A DNA stretch of 63,111 nucleotides, the filler included, from Hausera hauseri (taxonomy: Eukaryota): NCBI GenBank assembly GCA_046269625.1. It is 11 parts of 11 records of this genome, joined end to end, with 100 filler letters (N's around TTAATTAATTAA, not from the genome) between each part and the next. Parts side by side here need not be neighbours in the genome. Positions count along the whole stretch, not along the records: positions 46,573 to 51,013 come from JBJURY010580336.1; positions 51,114 to 58,607 come from JBJURY010011567.1; positions 58,708 to 63,111 come from JBJURY010598222.1; 8 more parts are not named here. The stretch is one strand, 5' to 3'. The translations under genes were made by a program, and so were the position numbers. A model generated the notes under the pieces. The model saw nothing but the letters and a program-made list of their open reading frames with translations. It had not been told where the DNA came from and ran no database searches. Shown here piece by piece: positions 50,540 to 63,111 of the stretch (the first letter of the stretch is position 1; each line of letters opens with the position of its first letter).

Positions 50540-51113
50540 TGATTATAATAAACCTTAATATAAAAGTTGTTTTCAACTTGACCGAGGGATATTTGATTGA
50601 TATTGAGGATAATGAGGATTAGAGTTGATGGTATTAATGTGGGACATATTAAGGGTGTATCGTATGTCAGAAGATCAACGAAGATCAAAACGAAGGGACT
50701 CAATGCCCGCTGTGTGATTTTATCAGGAAATTGGACCAGTTAGAAGATTCATTCACATGCGCCTATTGCGGACAGGAAGTGAATTTGGATATGATGACCA
50801 TGGACGATGGGTGTTTTTTTGTTATGTCCTATATGTGCCCTGACAGATGTTGACATACAAGAAATTAGAAAATTGACCGGAATCACTGACTTATGAATAG
50901 TTATAATCTATTAAATTTTGGCATTTAAAATTTGTTTTATTAATTGGAAGAAATTATTATTTGTAAATGAATATAGAATATAGGAGTTTACAGGAGATTT
51001 TATGGAAGTTCCANNNNNNNNNNNNNNNNNNNNNNNNNNNNNNNNNNNNNNNNNNNNTTAATTAATTAANNNNNNNNNNNNNNNNNNNNNNNNNNNNNNN
51101 NNNNNNNNNNNNN

Positions 51114-52080
51114 ACGTGTCCAGTAATCCGTCTGCCATTATCTACCACAGTAGTTGTTTACAATTGACGTTTCCCAGTTCCAAGCAAAAACTATCTGTGT
51201 CACCGGCAATTATATTGATCTTGCATCAGCCGAACATTTACCAGTATCGTTCCAAATTGCGATACTCCAACTTATACATCCGCAATTTGCTCAGATCCAA
51301 TACCACTTGTTTTACGTAACTTGGCCGGTCCAGTCCGACTTCTTCCGTGTTTAAAATCACGACAACCAATCCGCCGGCAATGTGCATTGACCGCCTGAGT
51401 TGCACCTTGCTCGTGTATGTGTCCAACCGCTTTTCGCTATTGCACAGATGTACATTGAGCCGCTTTTTCAGATTCTCTACTGTTTTCCGTAGAGAGAATT
51501 GTTTTTCACTTTGTAATAGTCCTTTTCAAACTTTGTACAAGCTGCAGCCCCTTTTTCCGAATTCCGACTGATATACGCCTTGAATATCGGAGACTGTGCG
51601 AATCGGATTGCGCGATGTAGCTGTGACGCGTACACCTAACTGCATATAAAATTGCAACAGACGCCAATGATCTATGTAATTTTGTTTGGGTTTATGCGTC
51701 ATTAGCAGCTTCTTCATTTTCGAGCGCGGTGGACATTGGCTGATTGGTGCGATCGGTAGTTCATCTCGAAAGTCATGCAGCTCATCTGGTACCACGAGAT
51801 AGACTTCCATCAGGTATCCGATTGAGTTGTTTTCTGAGCTGTCGGCTATCCATTCGATTTAACCTTATGAAAAGGGTTGTGAAAGCCCCCATCCGTACAG
51901 GTTATTAATGTCGATAAACAGCAGTGATCTGGTATCACACTGGTTAGGTGATTTTTGTTGACAAATATCATGCTGCCATGAATACCAACATCAAACATTT
52001 GGTACATTTCCGGGTATTACAATAGCTCAATATCACGATCCAGTGGCATCAGAGCCCAAGTTATTCCGGATTGTGAGTAT
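51114..52080 (-). mobile_element. Polinton/Maverick-type protein-primed DNA polymerase B remnant
   Basis: FIDINNLYGW, LHD...LPIAP, KKLL, NNSLYGKTVEN, LDLSKLRMY, GDTDS; frameshifted. Confidence 0.85.
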
Positions 52081-52098
52081 ATAATTGAGAGAGAGATA

Positions 52099-53560
52099 TT
52101 GTACATAATCGTGGTAGAGATATGGGATAGGTTATACGGGACCAAGTTTTTCTCGTCAATCGACCTAGGGAATACTTACTACCAAGTGAAGCTAGAGAAA
52201 GATTCCAAATTGAATACGGCACTTTCAACCAAATTAGAACAGTTCTGTTTCAACAGGATGCCATTCGGTATAGCAGCAGCTCCGGGCACCTTCCAAAAAC
52301 TAATGAATAAAGTACTAGGGGATATTGAACAAACAGTAGTATACCTAGATGATATACTAATCTTCTCTAAGACTCTAGAAGAGCATTATAGGATACTAGA
52401 AAAGGTATTGCAGCGGATCACGCAAGCAGGTCTCAGAATTAACCCAGAGAAATGTCACATCCTCAAGAAAGAAGTAAAATTTTTAGGGCACATAGTGAAT
52501 GACAAGGGGATACAGACAGACCCATCAAAACTGGAGGCAATTAAGTCCTTTGAAAAACCATAATGCGTCAAGAATTTGAGAAGCTTCTTAGGGATCTGCA
52601 ACTATTGCAGAAAGTTTATCCAAAGTTACGCTGCAAAGGCCAGGACATTGGAGCAACTATGCGGATTGAATAATAAAAAACTAATATGGACCGAGCAATG
52701 TAACGAGGCTTCCGAGTCAATGAAAAAAGCCTTAGCCACACCATCAATACTAGGTTTCCCTGACTTCAACAGAAAATTTATCCTCGATACGGACGCAAGC
52801 TTCGACATAATTGGTGCAGTACTGTCACAGAAGGATAATTTGGGACGCGAGAGAGTGATTGCGTACGGATCACACTCAATGCACAACCATGAAAAAGGGT
52901 ATTGTATAACTCGGAAGGAACTACTGGCCATGTATTATTTTTGTAAACATTTCAACCATTACCTATACGGGAAACAGTTCATATTCAGAACGGACCACAA
53001 AGCAATAACGTTCATGGTAAAGACAAAAAACCGATAACAGCCAAATTTCAGACGTGGATCAACTACCTATCCAGTCTAGACATCAACCTGGGGTACAGAA
53101 AAGGCACAGATCATGCGAACGCAGATATGCTATCTTGCACGAGCTACGAAACATGCAACCAATGTCTACAACACGACGACGCCAAAATGCAGAAAAGCAA
53201 GACTCGAAGGATTAACGTCGTAGAAACAGCAGAAACACACAAATATCAAAAGGACAGCAAGGAAATCGAAGAAATAAAAGAAAGCATTGCCAGACGAAAA
53301 CAAGGAAGATCTATACTAGAAGACGAAATAATAAAAACACGAACAAATAAAATTTGGATACCAACGAACAGACGAGTAGAAATGATAACGCATAACCATG
53401 TCATGCTGTCCCACGCAGGATCAGAAAAGGTAATAAAATACATTGGCAGTAACTATGACATGGACAACCTACGAGAAGCAGTACAGACAGTAGTTCGACA
53501 TTGCGAAGCTTGTCAGGGAAGCAAAACCTTGCCAACAAGCACGAAGGACGAAACAGTGAA
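52099..53560 (+). mobile_element. Gypsy pol fragment (RT, RNase H, integrase Zn finger), probably the same family as 12700-14486
   Basis: IDL..YYQV, MPFG, YLDDILI, LDTDAS, KELLAM, TDHKA, H..LSHAG...CEAC. Confidence 0.92.
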
Positions 53561-54427
53561 TGCAGAAAATAAATCCAATGTAATAAGTGAATCCAATGAG
53601 AAAGCATAAATTCCGACAAGAAGAGAACAGTCGAGAAACAATGATTTATTTTTTTCAAAGTTAGAAACTTTCCTAATGAGCTTCCAATTTATACAATTAT
53701 ACATTGCCATCAATTAGGCACCATATGGTTATTGACAGGGCATTTAATGATTGTTTTAAGCACATATAGAGGCATCAGCAGAAAGCTGAAGCTCTGGAGC
53801 ACTTCCTGCAGAAATATCGTAACACGTTTGCCATAATATCAGTGTATAATGATCCTAACTGTATAGTAAAGTGTCATAAAACAGTATTCAGACAAACTGC
53901 AGTAAAAGTTTTGAGACTGGAATTGTTTTAAGGCATTAGCAAGCCCCTTTGGTCTTGATACTTTCAGACAAGCCCTCACTTGCGAGGTTGATCCAATTAA
54001 ATTTTTATATTTCCAAACTGTTTTAGTTGTGTTTGTGGATATATCTGAACCAGAGTTCTGAAAAGAAACAACATGACACCTACCTGCGAAGGGTATCGTT
54101 TCTTGAACTATTTTGTGCAGTGCCAGTGTACTGGGATGAAGGGTGTAGCCTTCATAACAAAGGCTCTGACGTTACAATCTGTTGTTAATGATGAAAGTTC
54201 AATTGTGTATTTATTACATTCAAAATTATAAGTGTTTCTTTCCAGCACGAGAAAATCAGATAGTGTTTACGTCAAAAGTCATGCTTATATGTCAGAATTT
54301 TGGCTGTAGATGTCTGAGAGTTGGGAAACTGAACTTCAGGAGTTAAAATATGTGGCAGTTTTAATTGATAATGACATGGTCTAATATGACACTGAAATTA
54401 CTTTATAAGATAAGTGAATAATGATTA

Positions 54428-54604
54428 TGTATAACGGATAAAGTAGAAGCCGTGGTCAGCAAAGAACAAAGTGTCTGGATGGTTTGAAAGAATGGCTCGG
54501 AAGTAGGTCAACAGCAGAGATGATTGGAGACACCAGGAATCGCGTGAGGTGGAGATCCATGACAGCCTGTGCTTCGCAGCACGGCACCTGATGATGATGA
54601 TGAT
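54428..54604 (+). mobile_element. 5'-truncated RTE-clade LINE 3' end with (TGA)n tail
   Basis: Translates ..RGQQRTKCLDGLKEW...RNRVRWRSMTACASQHGT*, immediately followed by TGATGATGATGATGA. Confidence 0.75.
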
Positions 54605-54899
54605 AACTTTTCTTACATCCGGTCGATGATGGTGCACATTCATTCATATCATGGCGAACCATTGTCCTAAGTGACACAATAACACTAAATAAATACTGAG
54701 CATGTAACTCTGTATAACAGTCTAACCTTGTAAGGAACTTGGATGGAATCGCATGCGATGGCTGTAACTAGTAGGCCCCTCCCTTCTGTTGCCCTACCAA
54801 TTCGGCCCATGGTGGGCATGGAGGTGTCTGGTTCTAAATTTATGTCCGCTTGCATGATGTCTGCCGGCAGGGCTGGGTCTGCGGTGGCTAGCGGGTTCG

Positions 54900-55935
54900 T
54901 GGGTTGGCGGCTTCGCTACTTTGGTCTGGCGTTGTCACACAGGCTTCGTGCAGGGCTTGCCGACGAAGGTCTGTGCGAGACCGCTTTGCATTTGGTGGCA
55001 GGAACTTGTCCTTGAGATGCTCGTTTGCGCGTCCGTTTCGCATTCCTTGAAAGACATTCGGTGAACTTGGTCAGCATCAGCTGTTACTGGCGGGTCTTCT
55101 TCTTCAGTGTCACTGTTTATTGCCAGCGTTTGTGTTGCTGGGCATGAGTCTGCGCTCGTACTTTCTGAAGAGGGCCCAGGTTGTGGGCTACCCAAAGGTC
55201 GGGGAAGGCTTTGCCTGTCGCCCAGTCTTCCTAGGTGGGTGGTTGCTGGGCCATGGGTGGCGGTGCTGCTTGAGTGGCAGGCTGCCGACGTTGCTTACAT
55301 GGGCATTGGCCCGTCCAGTGATCATCCGCCCCACATATGTTGCAGGGGGTCCTCCTGCCAGGTAAGGTGATCAACACGTTGAAATCACCGCCTTGGGTGT
55401 CTTGTATGTGCAGGTGGAAGTAGTGGGGTATTGGCTGCTGAGGTCGACAGGTGAAGTGCCATTTATCTCTGGTCACGCTGACGGGAGCGACTTCGGCCTC
55501 TGCATCGCCGGAGATCATAACGGCGATGCGTCTGGCAGTATCCGCCTTTAGGCCTGGTGGAAGCCAGTGTAGCATGCCTTTGGTTCGTTCTTTTTCGTAG
55601 TGTTCGATGAAAACGCTTAGTTTCAGGCTTGCCCAATCCATCTTCTTGTCATGTAGTTGCTCGTAAAGGCGCACATGTGCGGCTTGCGTGAGGGTGGCGT
55701 ACCACTTGGATGGGTTTTAGAATCGGTATAGAGTCGCTATTCCGTTAATACCTATGCCGACGGGTCCCGCTAGGAAGCTCATCAAGGCAGGGTACGATAC
55801 TCGTGTGGAATGTGGGCCAGACAGGGTTATCAGAAGGGTGCCCGGCTTATGGATGCGGACATCCTCCGATGCCTCCTCGGCAGAAACAGTCAGTGAAGGT
55901 TTACCACGTCCGGACATGCTGAACACTCGAGACAT
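54900..55935 (-). mobile_element. L1/Tx1-like non-LTR retrotransposon ORF1 remnant
   Basis: LHWLP...IPHY...VLITLPGRRTPCNICGADDHWTGQC (single CCHC knuckle); frameshifts; GC-richer than the flanks. Confidence 0.65.
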
Positions 55936-56524
55936 GATACTGTTGATGAGCCAGTTGTTCGTGATGTTCAGTTTGCCAGAATCCTCTTTCCAGACTATAT
56001 CAGATCGGTGAATGGCCCTGCTACCTACAGCTGTAACAGGACTGGCCAACAGGATTACCAGACGAAAAAAAAATTGTTTTCGGCCAAACAAAATGCCAGA
56101 TAACAATGTTTAAATGGCCGGAAAAGGTCCAAAAAAAAAAAAAAAAGTCTGTATATTCATATAACATAAAACGCCCAAGAACGTGATCATCACTGTTCAG
56201 TGTTGTCAGGTTCCAAAGAAAGAAAGACAAACTCTTGTTTAGCCAGAAAGGCCCGGAAACCGGGGACAAAGGGTAGAGTTAAGAGCAGAACAAATAAATG
56301 ACGCGATAATTGTCAACATAAACAAATAATGGAGAATTCACATGATGCTTTCCCGAACATCAGCAGTTTACTATACACACAGTTCCGTCTACTGGCTGCT
56401 GCTACATAATTTGAAAAAAAAATTGTTTCTATAATGTATTTGTGTAAAATACAACATAGAGAACCGAGTCTCTACATGACTGATTATACTGACTTGTTCT
56501 TGACCGACGATAGACTTATGAGAA

Positions 56525-56758
56525 CTTTATTTTGTTAGCCCCCAGACCGTTCTAAGTGCCATGAGTAGTTTAAACTGAAGGAAAACAATAACTTGGCAAC
56601 ATTTTTTGATGATTAGAGGATCCACCTTCCCGGGTGCAGGTGGATCCCACGAGAGAAATTTAATGACGGTAATGATCTCCGCTCCCAATTATTATTTTCC
56701 TTCAATTTAGACTTAGCTATGGTGCTTAGAAAAGGTTTGGCGGCGCATAGAAATAAAG
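56525..56758. mobile_element. Palindromic MITE or foldback element
   Basis: Imperfect ~70-bp inverted arms (CTTTATTT...TTCTAAG...TGAAGGAAAA versus its reverse complement) with a central perfect stem GGATCCACCT/AGGTGGATCC. Confidence 0.7.
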
Positions 56759-57650
56759 AAAGTAAAGTAATCTTAGACAAAATTACAATTATATTTTTAC
56801 ACTTTTAAAAAACGTAAAATGATTTTATAGAGTAGTAAAAAATGTCTAGGAAAAGTTCTTTTGGTATTGAATGAGTTAATATTTTAGGGTTATGTCCCTT
56901 AAATAATGAAAATCAAAACAATTATATTTAGAGGGAGTTAACCAGACTGACTTGTCCTGGTAAATCTTCATTGATGCTACTAAATCTGACATGGATCATA
57001 CTAGGGAACATTATTATGGTTATAGTTGGGACGCTGAGACTTGAGATCGCTTCGCGATCTCGTCAGGGCCAGGAACCAACATACTGGCCAAGACCTTCCA
57101 ACACTTCCACGTAGTGCGTCCTGGAAACAGAAGCAATTCTGGCAAACGTTGGAAGGATCGACATGATTCCCAGTTGAGAGAGGTGGATCACTTCTAGGAG
57201 AAAAAAACAGAGCTTGACCAAATTGCTTCAAATATTGCACTAAATAAAGCCTGGAGGGCCCAGCCCACTCTATATATAGACACCACTGGGACAGAAGGAA
57301 TGCTCAATACAAATACTCATGGATCCTTCTTAGGACTACAGTATCAGGGCTCAATCAAAAAGAGATGACGCTCGGCGATGAACAACACGAAAACGATTAA
57401 ACACAAAAATTGTTTTTTGTACAATCCAGCTAAAAACTATCCAACAGCAAGGTGAAGACTCTTGGTAACAAGTTCTTTAAGACACAAAGCCATTCTTAAA
57501 AAGTAACTCCTTCATCCTAGGAAAGTGCAGACTGTGTTAGGCAATCCTACCACCACCACATCTTAGCAAGTCTGTTTGACTGAGCGCAAGATCAGACTCT
57601 TAAAGCTGGGGCAAGCAGCTGCTTCTCTTGCTCAGCTGCTTGATCAACTA

Positions 57651-57750
57651 CCCATGCACCAAGCGCCACCAGCACCGGCGCCACACCGCGCGCAATCGGG
57701 TAGACCTGGCTGAAGTCGCCCAGCCGGTAGGCCATCAGCAGAAAGCCATA
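57651..57750 (-). other. Bacterial EamA/DMT transporter gene fragment (~100 bp)
   Basis: YGFLLMAYRLGDFSQVYPIARGVAPVLVALGAW with high-GC bacterial codon usage. Confidence 0.8.
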
Positions 57751-58104
57751 ATAGAAGGAGTGGATGAAGGTGGATGTTTGGGATTGTCAAAGGTAGTTTC
57801 CAAAGGTGAGTATTTAGAGGGAAGAGTAGTAACTGGTGAAAGAGTGGGATGAGAAAGTGAAGTAGGGATAGAGATAGGAATAGGAGATGAAATGAATGTG
57901 TGAACAGATACAGGAACAGGAGACAGTGGAGTAGGAGTAGAGACGGGAGCAGAAACAGAAGGAAATACAGGAGTGACAAAAGTTGCCGAAGTTTCGGTTG
58001 GAGACGTGTCGTCTACAAAAAAGGCAGGTTTCACGTTATTTATATGGACTGCTAATTCCTTTCCATCTTTAAAAATTACAGCGTTTTGGGAATGTAGTTG
58101 AATC
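57751..58104 (-). mobile_element. Mag-like Gypsy integrase tail fragment, copy E
   Basis: IQLHSQNAVIFKDGKELAVHINNVKPAFFVDDTSP, homologous to copies A-D. Confidence 0.85.
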
Positions 58105-59499
58105 CCATTCCATGCTGCTGTACCATAATAGATGTATACCAGATGTGTCAAATCAGGTACAAATGAATGATATGCTCCCAGTGTTATAGTAACAGTTTTA
58201 GATGTGTTGTAAGTATTCATCATTCAATATAACTTGACTGGCAGATAGAAAGAAATGTTTTGTGATGTAACTGAAAACTTAACCATGCCATATAAATCTG
58301 GAAAAAACACCTACTACACTTTGGTTACGTACACTTAACAAGACAAACATTCTCACATGTGTTTGCATTTTTCTAAAGAACTATAGCAACAGCTGTTTAA
58401 TGTTTTTAAACAGAAAAAGCTCCATAATCACCTTAAACCTATAGCACAACTACTTTAGAGTTTCATAAGAGGCTCTTAAGTGGTCTCTGTGTTCTGATGA
58501 ATACACATATTAAACTGTTTTTAAAAAATGACTTTATTCTCACAGAAGTAAAGTGCCATTTATCTGTCTACAGCTGTGATGGTATGGGTCTTAGGGCCAC
58601 TGGTAGGNNNNNNNNNNNNNNNNNNNNNNNNNNNNNNNNNNNNNNNNNNNNTTAATTAATTAANNNNNNNNNNNNNNNNNNNNNNNNNNNNNNNNNNNNN
58701 NNNNNNNGTGTGTCCATAATCCGTTAATCACATGGTTTTCTACCACAGTCTTCTATTAAATCACTGAGAATTTCTTCATCCTAAGTTGAGATTTCTGATC
58801 GCTTCGGTCTATGTAGAGCTATATTGAGCAATTGATATAGGGCTGTATCCCATGTGGTGAAGGATGTAAAGGCTCCTGCGTGTATATTAAGAGTATTAGT
58901 TTTTATATATTATTGGGCTTCCAATGCTATGGTTTTTAGCGCGTAGGTTTCATCATGTGAAAAATCTTGTCTTTCCGATTTGTACATATGCATTTTCAAC
59001 TAATGATATTCTGGAGACTGTCTTTTATCTGGGGTTCTATTAATCTCCCGTAAGAATATACGTAAACAGGTTTGCCTATGTATTAACTCAATATGTGATT
59101 CCATCATCATTTTATTAGCTAATTCCACTTTGATATTTTCTGATTTTTGATTTTTTTAAGCATTGTTGGTGGAGAAAATGTATAATTTCATTCATACTTT
59201 GTTAGGGATGAGCTAAATGATATCTATGTATTAAAATCATACCAGTTTTACTCAATAAAGTATTATTTTTAGCCTTTGTAAGGAAGCCTGAATTTCACAC
59301 TTAACTTAAAGAAATACGGAGGACCGATCCATGAAACATTTATTCTCAAGATCACGATTAAATTCTACGGAATTCTTAACAATTTTAAGAATTCAGCTAG
59401 AAATGGAATAATATTATTGGATCTGGTCACATAAAGAATGTGACCAGATTGGTGAACTTGGTGAACACAATATCGTGTTTGGATCACCCAGCATTTATG

Positions 59500-60200
59500 G
59501 AAAGCCAAGCATCCTACAATTCAATACATTCAGAAGTTTAAAAATGTTTGTTTGTACTATGAGATAAGTAAACCCTCTAATAAATTAATATATTTTGTAG
59601 AATTGAAGGGATTCTGGATAACTGTTGTACAATAACAGTACATTTGGGAATGTCATTAGCCAAACCATAACTTGAGTTCCGCCGCAAACTCTATTTTGTC
59701 GACTGGTACAGTCATTTTCATTACGTATGCCTAATAATCATCCGGACTGTATTAACTGAACACCTTTCCATCCGTAAAGACCGCATTCAACCAACAATGA
59801 TGATTATGCATCCGTTGTTCTATTACGTTCAATTGCTTTTCGCATTGTTGCTTATTTACCACCATTTTTATCGTATTCTTTTATATTTCAACATTAATTT
59901 TCTTCTTAAAAATATTCTTACCGTATATTTAGCGTTCAATTTACAATTTCCTTTTCATTTTCGAATTATCTACCTTTTGTCTAAAACTGCATAAATACGA
60001 CACTTCTTTTTAACAAGCATTTCCTCCTGTTTGGAAATTTTACATTTTGGACTAGTCTTTTTTCTTTATTTCGTGTTAATGACCGACTTAAATTTCTTGT
60101 CACAATTCTGTATAACTATTCATTAGATTTGCAATTTCACTGCAACTCCTTCATTGGCTTATTAATCTTGTAGCAATTGCCCTTTACTCTTCTGATTGCA
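59500..60200 (-). mobile_element. Decayed Tc1/IS630-family transposase
   Basis: WLNAVFTDGKVFS*YSPDD (compare VFSDEKKF.LDGPD) and RQNRVCGGTQVMVW. Confidence 0.65.
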
Positions 60201-60401
60201 TAATTAGAAATTACGAAATATCCTTTCTACTACAAATTTCAATTGCTATTAAATATAAATGAAAACTAGTGCGTAAACTGAATGCGTGTCGAAAAATATG
60301 ATCACTTTGTAAATTGAAATTTTCACCACAACGTAAATATTATTTAAACAATGAGATTTACTAACATACAGACAATATAGGCAATTATTTTATATAATAT
60401 A

Positions 60402-60430
60402 CAGTGCTGGCAAAAGGTATTGCGTCACCT
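60402..60430 (+). repeat. Tc1-like terminal inverted repeat (partner not found)
   Basis: TA|CAGTGCTGGCAAAAGGTATT resembles Tc1 termini. Confidence 0.45.
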
Positions 60431-60626
60431 TTCATAAACTAACAAATCGTACGAAATCATGACGCAAATGTATAATATGACTATAAAGTGATCAAAAATA
60501 TTACAAATATGTATTTACGAGACACAATAAAAAAGTATATAAATATGTTAATATTTTGAATGTAAAATCAAACAACGCCATTTATAAATATATTTCGAAG
60601 GATTCTCCATCATCGTCAGTAAAATA

Positions 60627-61808
60627 ATGTGTTATAGAAACATTTTCCACTGCCTCTTGGAATTTCGCGCACAAAATGTAAAATTCTTACATAATGACGA
60701 ATTGTGTGAGCAAGTTGACGGAATAGCAATAGGTTCTCCATTAGAACCTACTTTGGCATCGTTGTTTCTAAAATCATTTGAAGCCAAAATACCACGAGAT
60801 ATTGACTATGCTCCCAAAGTATATAAAAGATATGTAGATGACATATTCCTTGTATTTAAAGATAAGGATCATATAGGTAAATATCTGACATTATTAAATG
60901 GATTGCGTGAAAACATTAAGTTCACGGTAGACCTTGAAAACAATAACATGTAACCATTTTTAGATATTGCAATCCAACGTGTTGATAGAAAATATGAAAC
61001 CAACATATTATAAACCAACTGATGCAGCACTTTATTCCACACCAAGAAGTTTCTATGACAACCGGTATAAGAATAAATTATTGTCTTGTTTGTTTAATCG
61101 AGCGTGGCGTCTAGCCTCGAATTTTCAGAACGCTACAAAAGACATAAATGCCGTAATACACAGATTAGAGCTAAATGGGTATCATGATGATTTCATTATG
61201 AAAATTCTGAAAAAAATCATCAACAAAATCTACCCAGAAAACGAGTGTAAAAGAGATACAGAAAATATTAAAAATGAAAATTCTCCTGAAACAAGTCCAT
61301 CAAAGAATTCAATAAATGAACGAATTAGGTCCACATATTTATTGAAATTACCATATTCAGATGGTTCTCATGTTCTTAAAAATAAAATTATGAACTTGAT
61401 CTCGGATAATTTTATTGATTTGAAAATAATATTTAAAACAAAAATTATTGATTATTTGACCAACAAATCTCGAACCCCCAAAGAAATGTTAACTAACTTG
61501 ATTTATCAATATTATTGTCATAAAGATAATTCTTCATACATAAGAGAGACCTCGCGACATCTTTACACACAAGTTGGTGAACATTTCAATGGACAAGGCA
61601 CGAAATCTGTTTATGACCATATTAAGTCATGCAGTAACTGCATTTCATTAAATGGTGAACAAATAATTTCAAAATTTAAAATTCTAAAATCCAATTTAAG
61701 TCATGAAAATTAAAGACGAATTGCAGAATGTATTTGTATTAAGAAGTTTACTCCAACATTTAATAAACAGACAGATTTTTTGAAGTCAGTTTTTTTGTTT
61801 AATGATTA
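60627..61808 (+). mobile_element. 5'-truncated, decayed Penelope-like element (RT and GIY-YIG)
   Basis: QVDGIAIGSPL.P.LA, YKRYVDDIF, FLD, YYKPT; NLIYQYYC...YIRETSRHL...EH...H...C, RRIAE.I.IK...P.FN. Confidence 0.9.
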
Positions 61809-61897
61809 ATTTACAAGTATTTCACGGATTCGTTCTGTTACAGTTTGACATTGCAATTTACTAGAGAAAAGCAGTGGAAAATTTGTTTCTATAACAT

Positions 61898-61943
61898 TAT
61901 TTTACTGACGATGGTGGATAATCCATCGAAATATGTTTAAAAA
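61898..61943 (+). ncRNA. Minimal hammerhead ribozyme downstream of the PLE ORF
   Basis: TTTTA-CTGACGA-T-GGTGGAT-A-ATCCATC-GAAA-TATG-TT-TAAAA: both boxes, stem II, weak AT stem I. Confidence 0.7.
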
Positions 61944-62524
61944 TAGAGTTATTTAATATTTAGTAACTATTGGAATTATTTTGTGCAATGGAATAATAAA
62001 TGTCGTTTCCACATATATTTTTTGATAAACATAGTTTCCACCGATATTTAAGTGGTGCATCGCTCTTGTAGAGCATCTATGGTGCTTTGATCCAATTTCT
62101 AAAATAAAGTAGTGTAAAATGATGCTTATGTGTGCATATCATATTTGAACTATGTACATCAAAACTTAAGCAAAAACTACATTTCTTTTTGGATGCCTAA
62201 CACAGAATAAGTTAAATATTTTTGACAACTTCTGGCTTCATTATTGATTAAACGAATATCAGGAAAGTACATACAAAATTCTGATGACATTATCTATATA
62301 CATGAATATATTCACGGTTGGAAATTTATCACTACAATGATAGTTGATCACAAAACAATATTAAAATAAGTCTAAAATATATAGAACTTTGGTAACTTAC
62401 ATCGGTTCATTCGTTTCAATACACCAAATATTTTATTCATCTTATCGTAAAGTTTGTGAATCTGTTTTCAATTAGGATTTGAAGTCGAATGAATACTGTA
62501 CCATTTATTACAAATTAGTTTTAC

Positions 62525-63111
62525 CTTTGGACGCATCATCCAGAGCCACAGCAGCAACATCGGTAATGTTACTATTTTGTAAACAAGCTTCTTCAATAGC
62601 AGAACCACTCATGCGCATTGCTGCTATTTTAATAACGTCATCTTTTCTACCAATAACCTTAAGAGTTCCGTCATTCAATTGTACCCCGGTATCATTCGTA
62701 TCATAGTAACCCTATAATAATCAATAATTTCATGAAATATGAATAATATTGTTATCTAACGGGATATTTCGTAAAATATGACTCGATTAGTCGAGAATGA
62801 CCTTTGTAAAATCCACTGAAAGCACCCGGATGTAAAGGGAGTTTAAGAACAATGGTTCCCGATGTGCCATCTGGTAGTTCAACACCAGTGTATGGATCAA
62901 CAATTTTAAAGAGAATTCCTGGACTTCTTGATAAGCATCTTCGGTTTGCTGAGCACATTTTGCTTTGCCGAAATTCGGGAAAAGGAGAAAATATTGTGCA
63001 ACCTAGTTCGGTTTGACCATAAATTTTGGATACCTCACAGTTAAATGTCTTTTCAGTCCAATCAATAATTGAATCCGTAACGTTTTCTCCTTCAATAAAA
63101 TGAAGTCAAGT
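62525..63111 (-). CDS. Acyl-CoA synthetase (ACSS3/propionyl-CoA synthetase-like), partial, spliced
   Basis: EGE, YGQTELG, GTIVLKLPLHPG, YFTKYP|GYYDTNDTG, GRKDDVI, IEE; 49-bp GT-AG intron at 62760-62712; in-frame TGA at the window edge. Confidence 0.85.

Overview
This window is not one locus. It is 11 short eukaryotic contigs joined by artificial 100-bp spacers (N-run, TTAATTAATTAA, N-run). The DNA is AT-rich, animal-like and dominated by transposons, and at least one contig looks chimeric. Mobile content: five pieces of a Mag-like Ty3/Gypsy family with ~85-95 bp GC-rich LTRs; two pieces of a second Gypsy family; two copies of an env-carrying Gypsy element; two Penelope-like elements (PLEs) with hammerhead ribozymes; and hAT-like, Tc1, Polinton-polB, RTE and L1/Tx1 remnants plus a palindromic MITE. 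Host genes: a spliced CDK5RAP1 whose radical-SAM motif lacks one Cys, an intronless decayed SARM1 cut inside its TIR domain by a Gypsy insertion, a decayed SLC36-like transporter and an acyl-CoA synthetase. Two candidate unusual systems stand out. (1) 14587-20545: a circularly permuted 5,882-bp PLE with an intact SGNH-esterase ORF1, apparently joined to its ATG-less RT ORF by a T_TTA_AAC -1 frameshift signal; its GIY-YIG endonuclease looks catalytically dead and it carries a hammerhead ribozyme. (2) 37141-46472: a Gypsy element with a chuvirus-like class III fusion glycoprotein upstream of, and in frame with, its protease, plus a second signal-peptide module after integrase. All family assignments come from motif recognition by eye; no database search was run.
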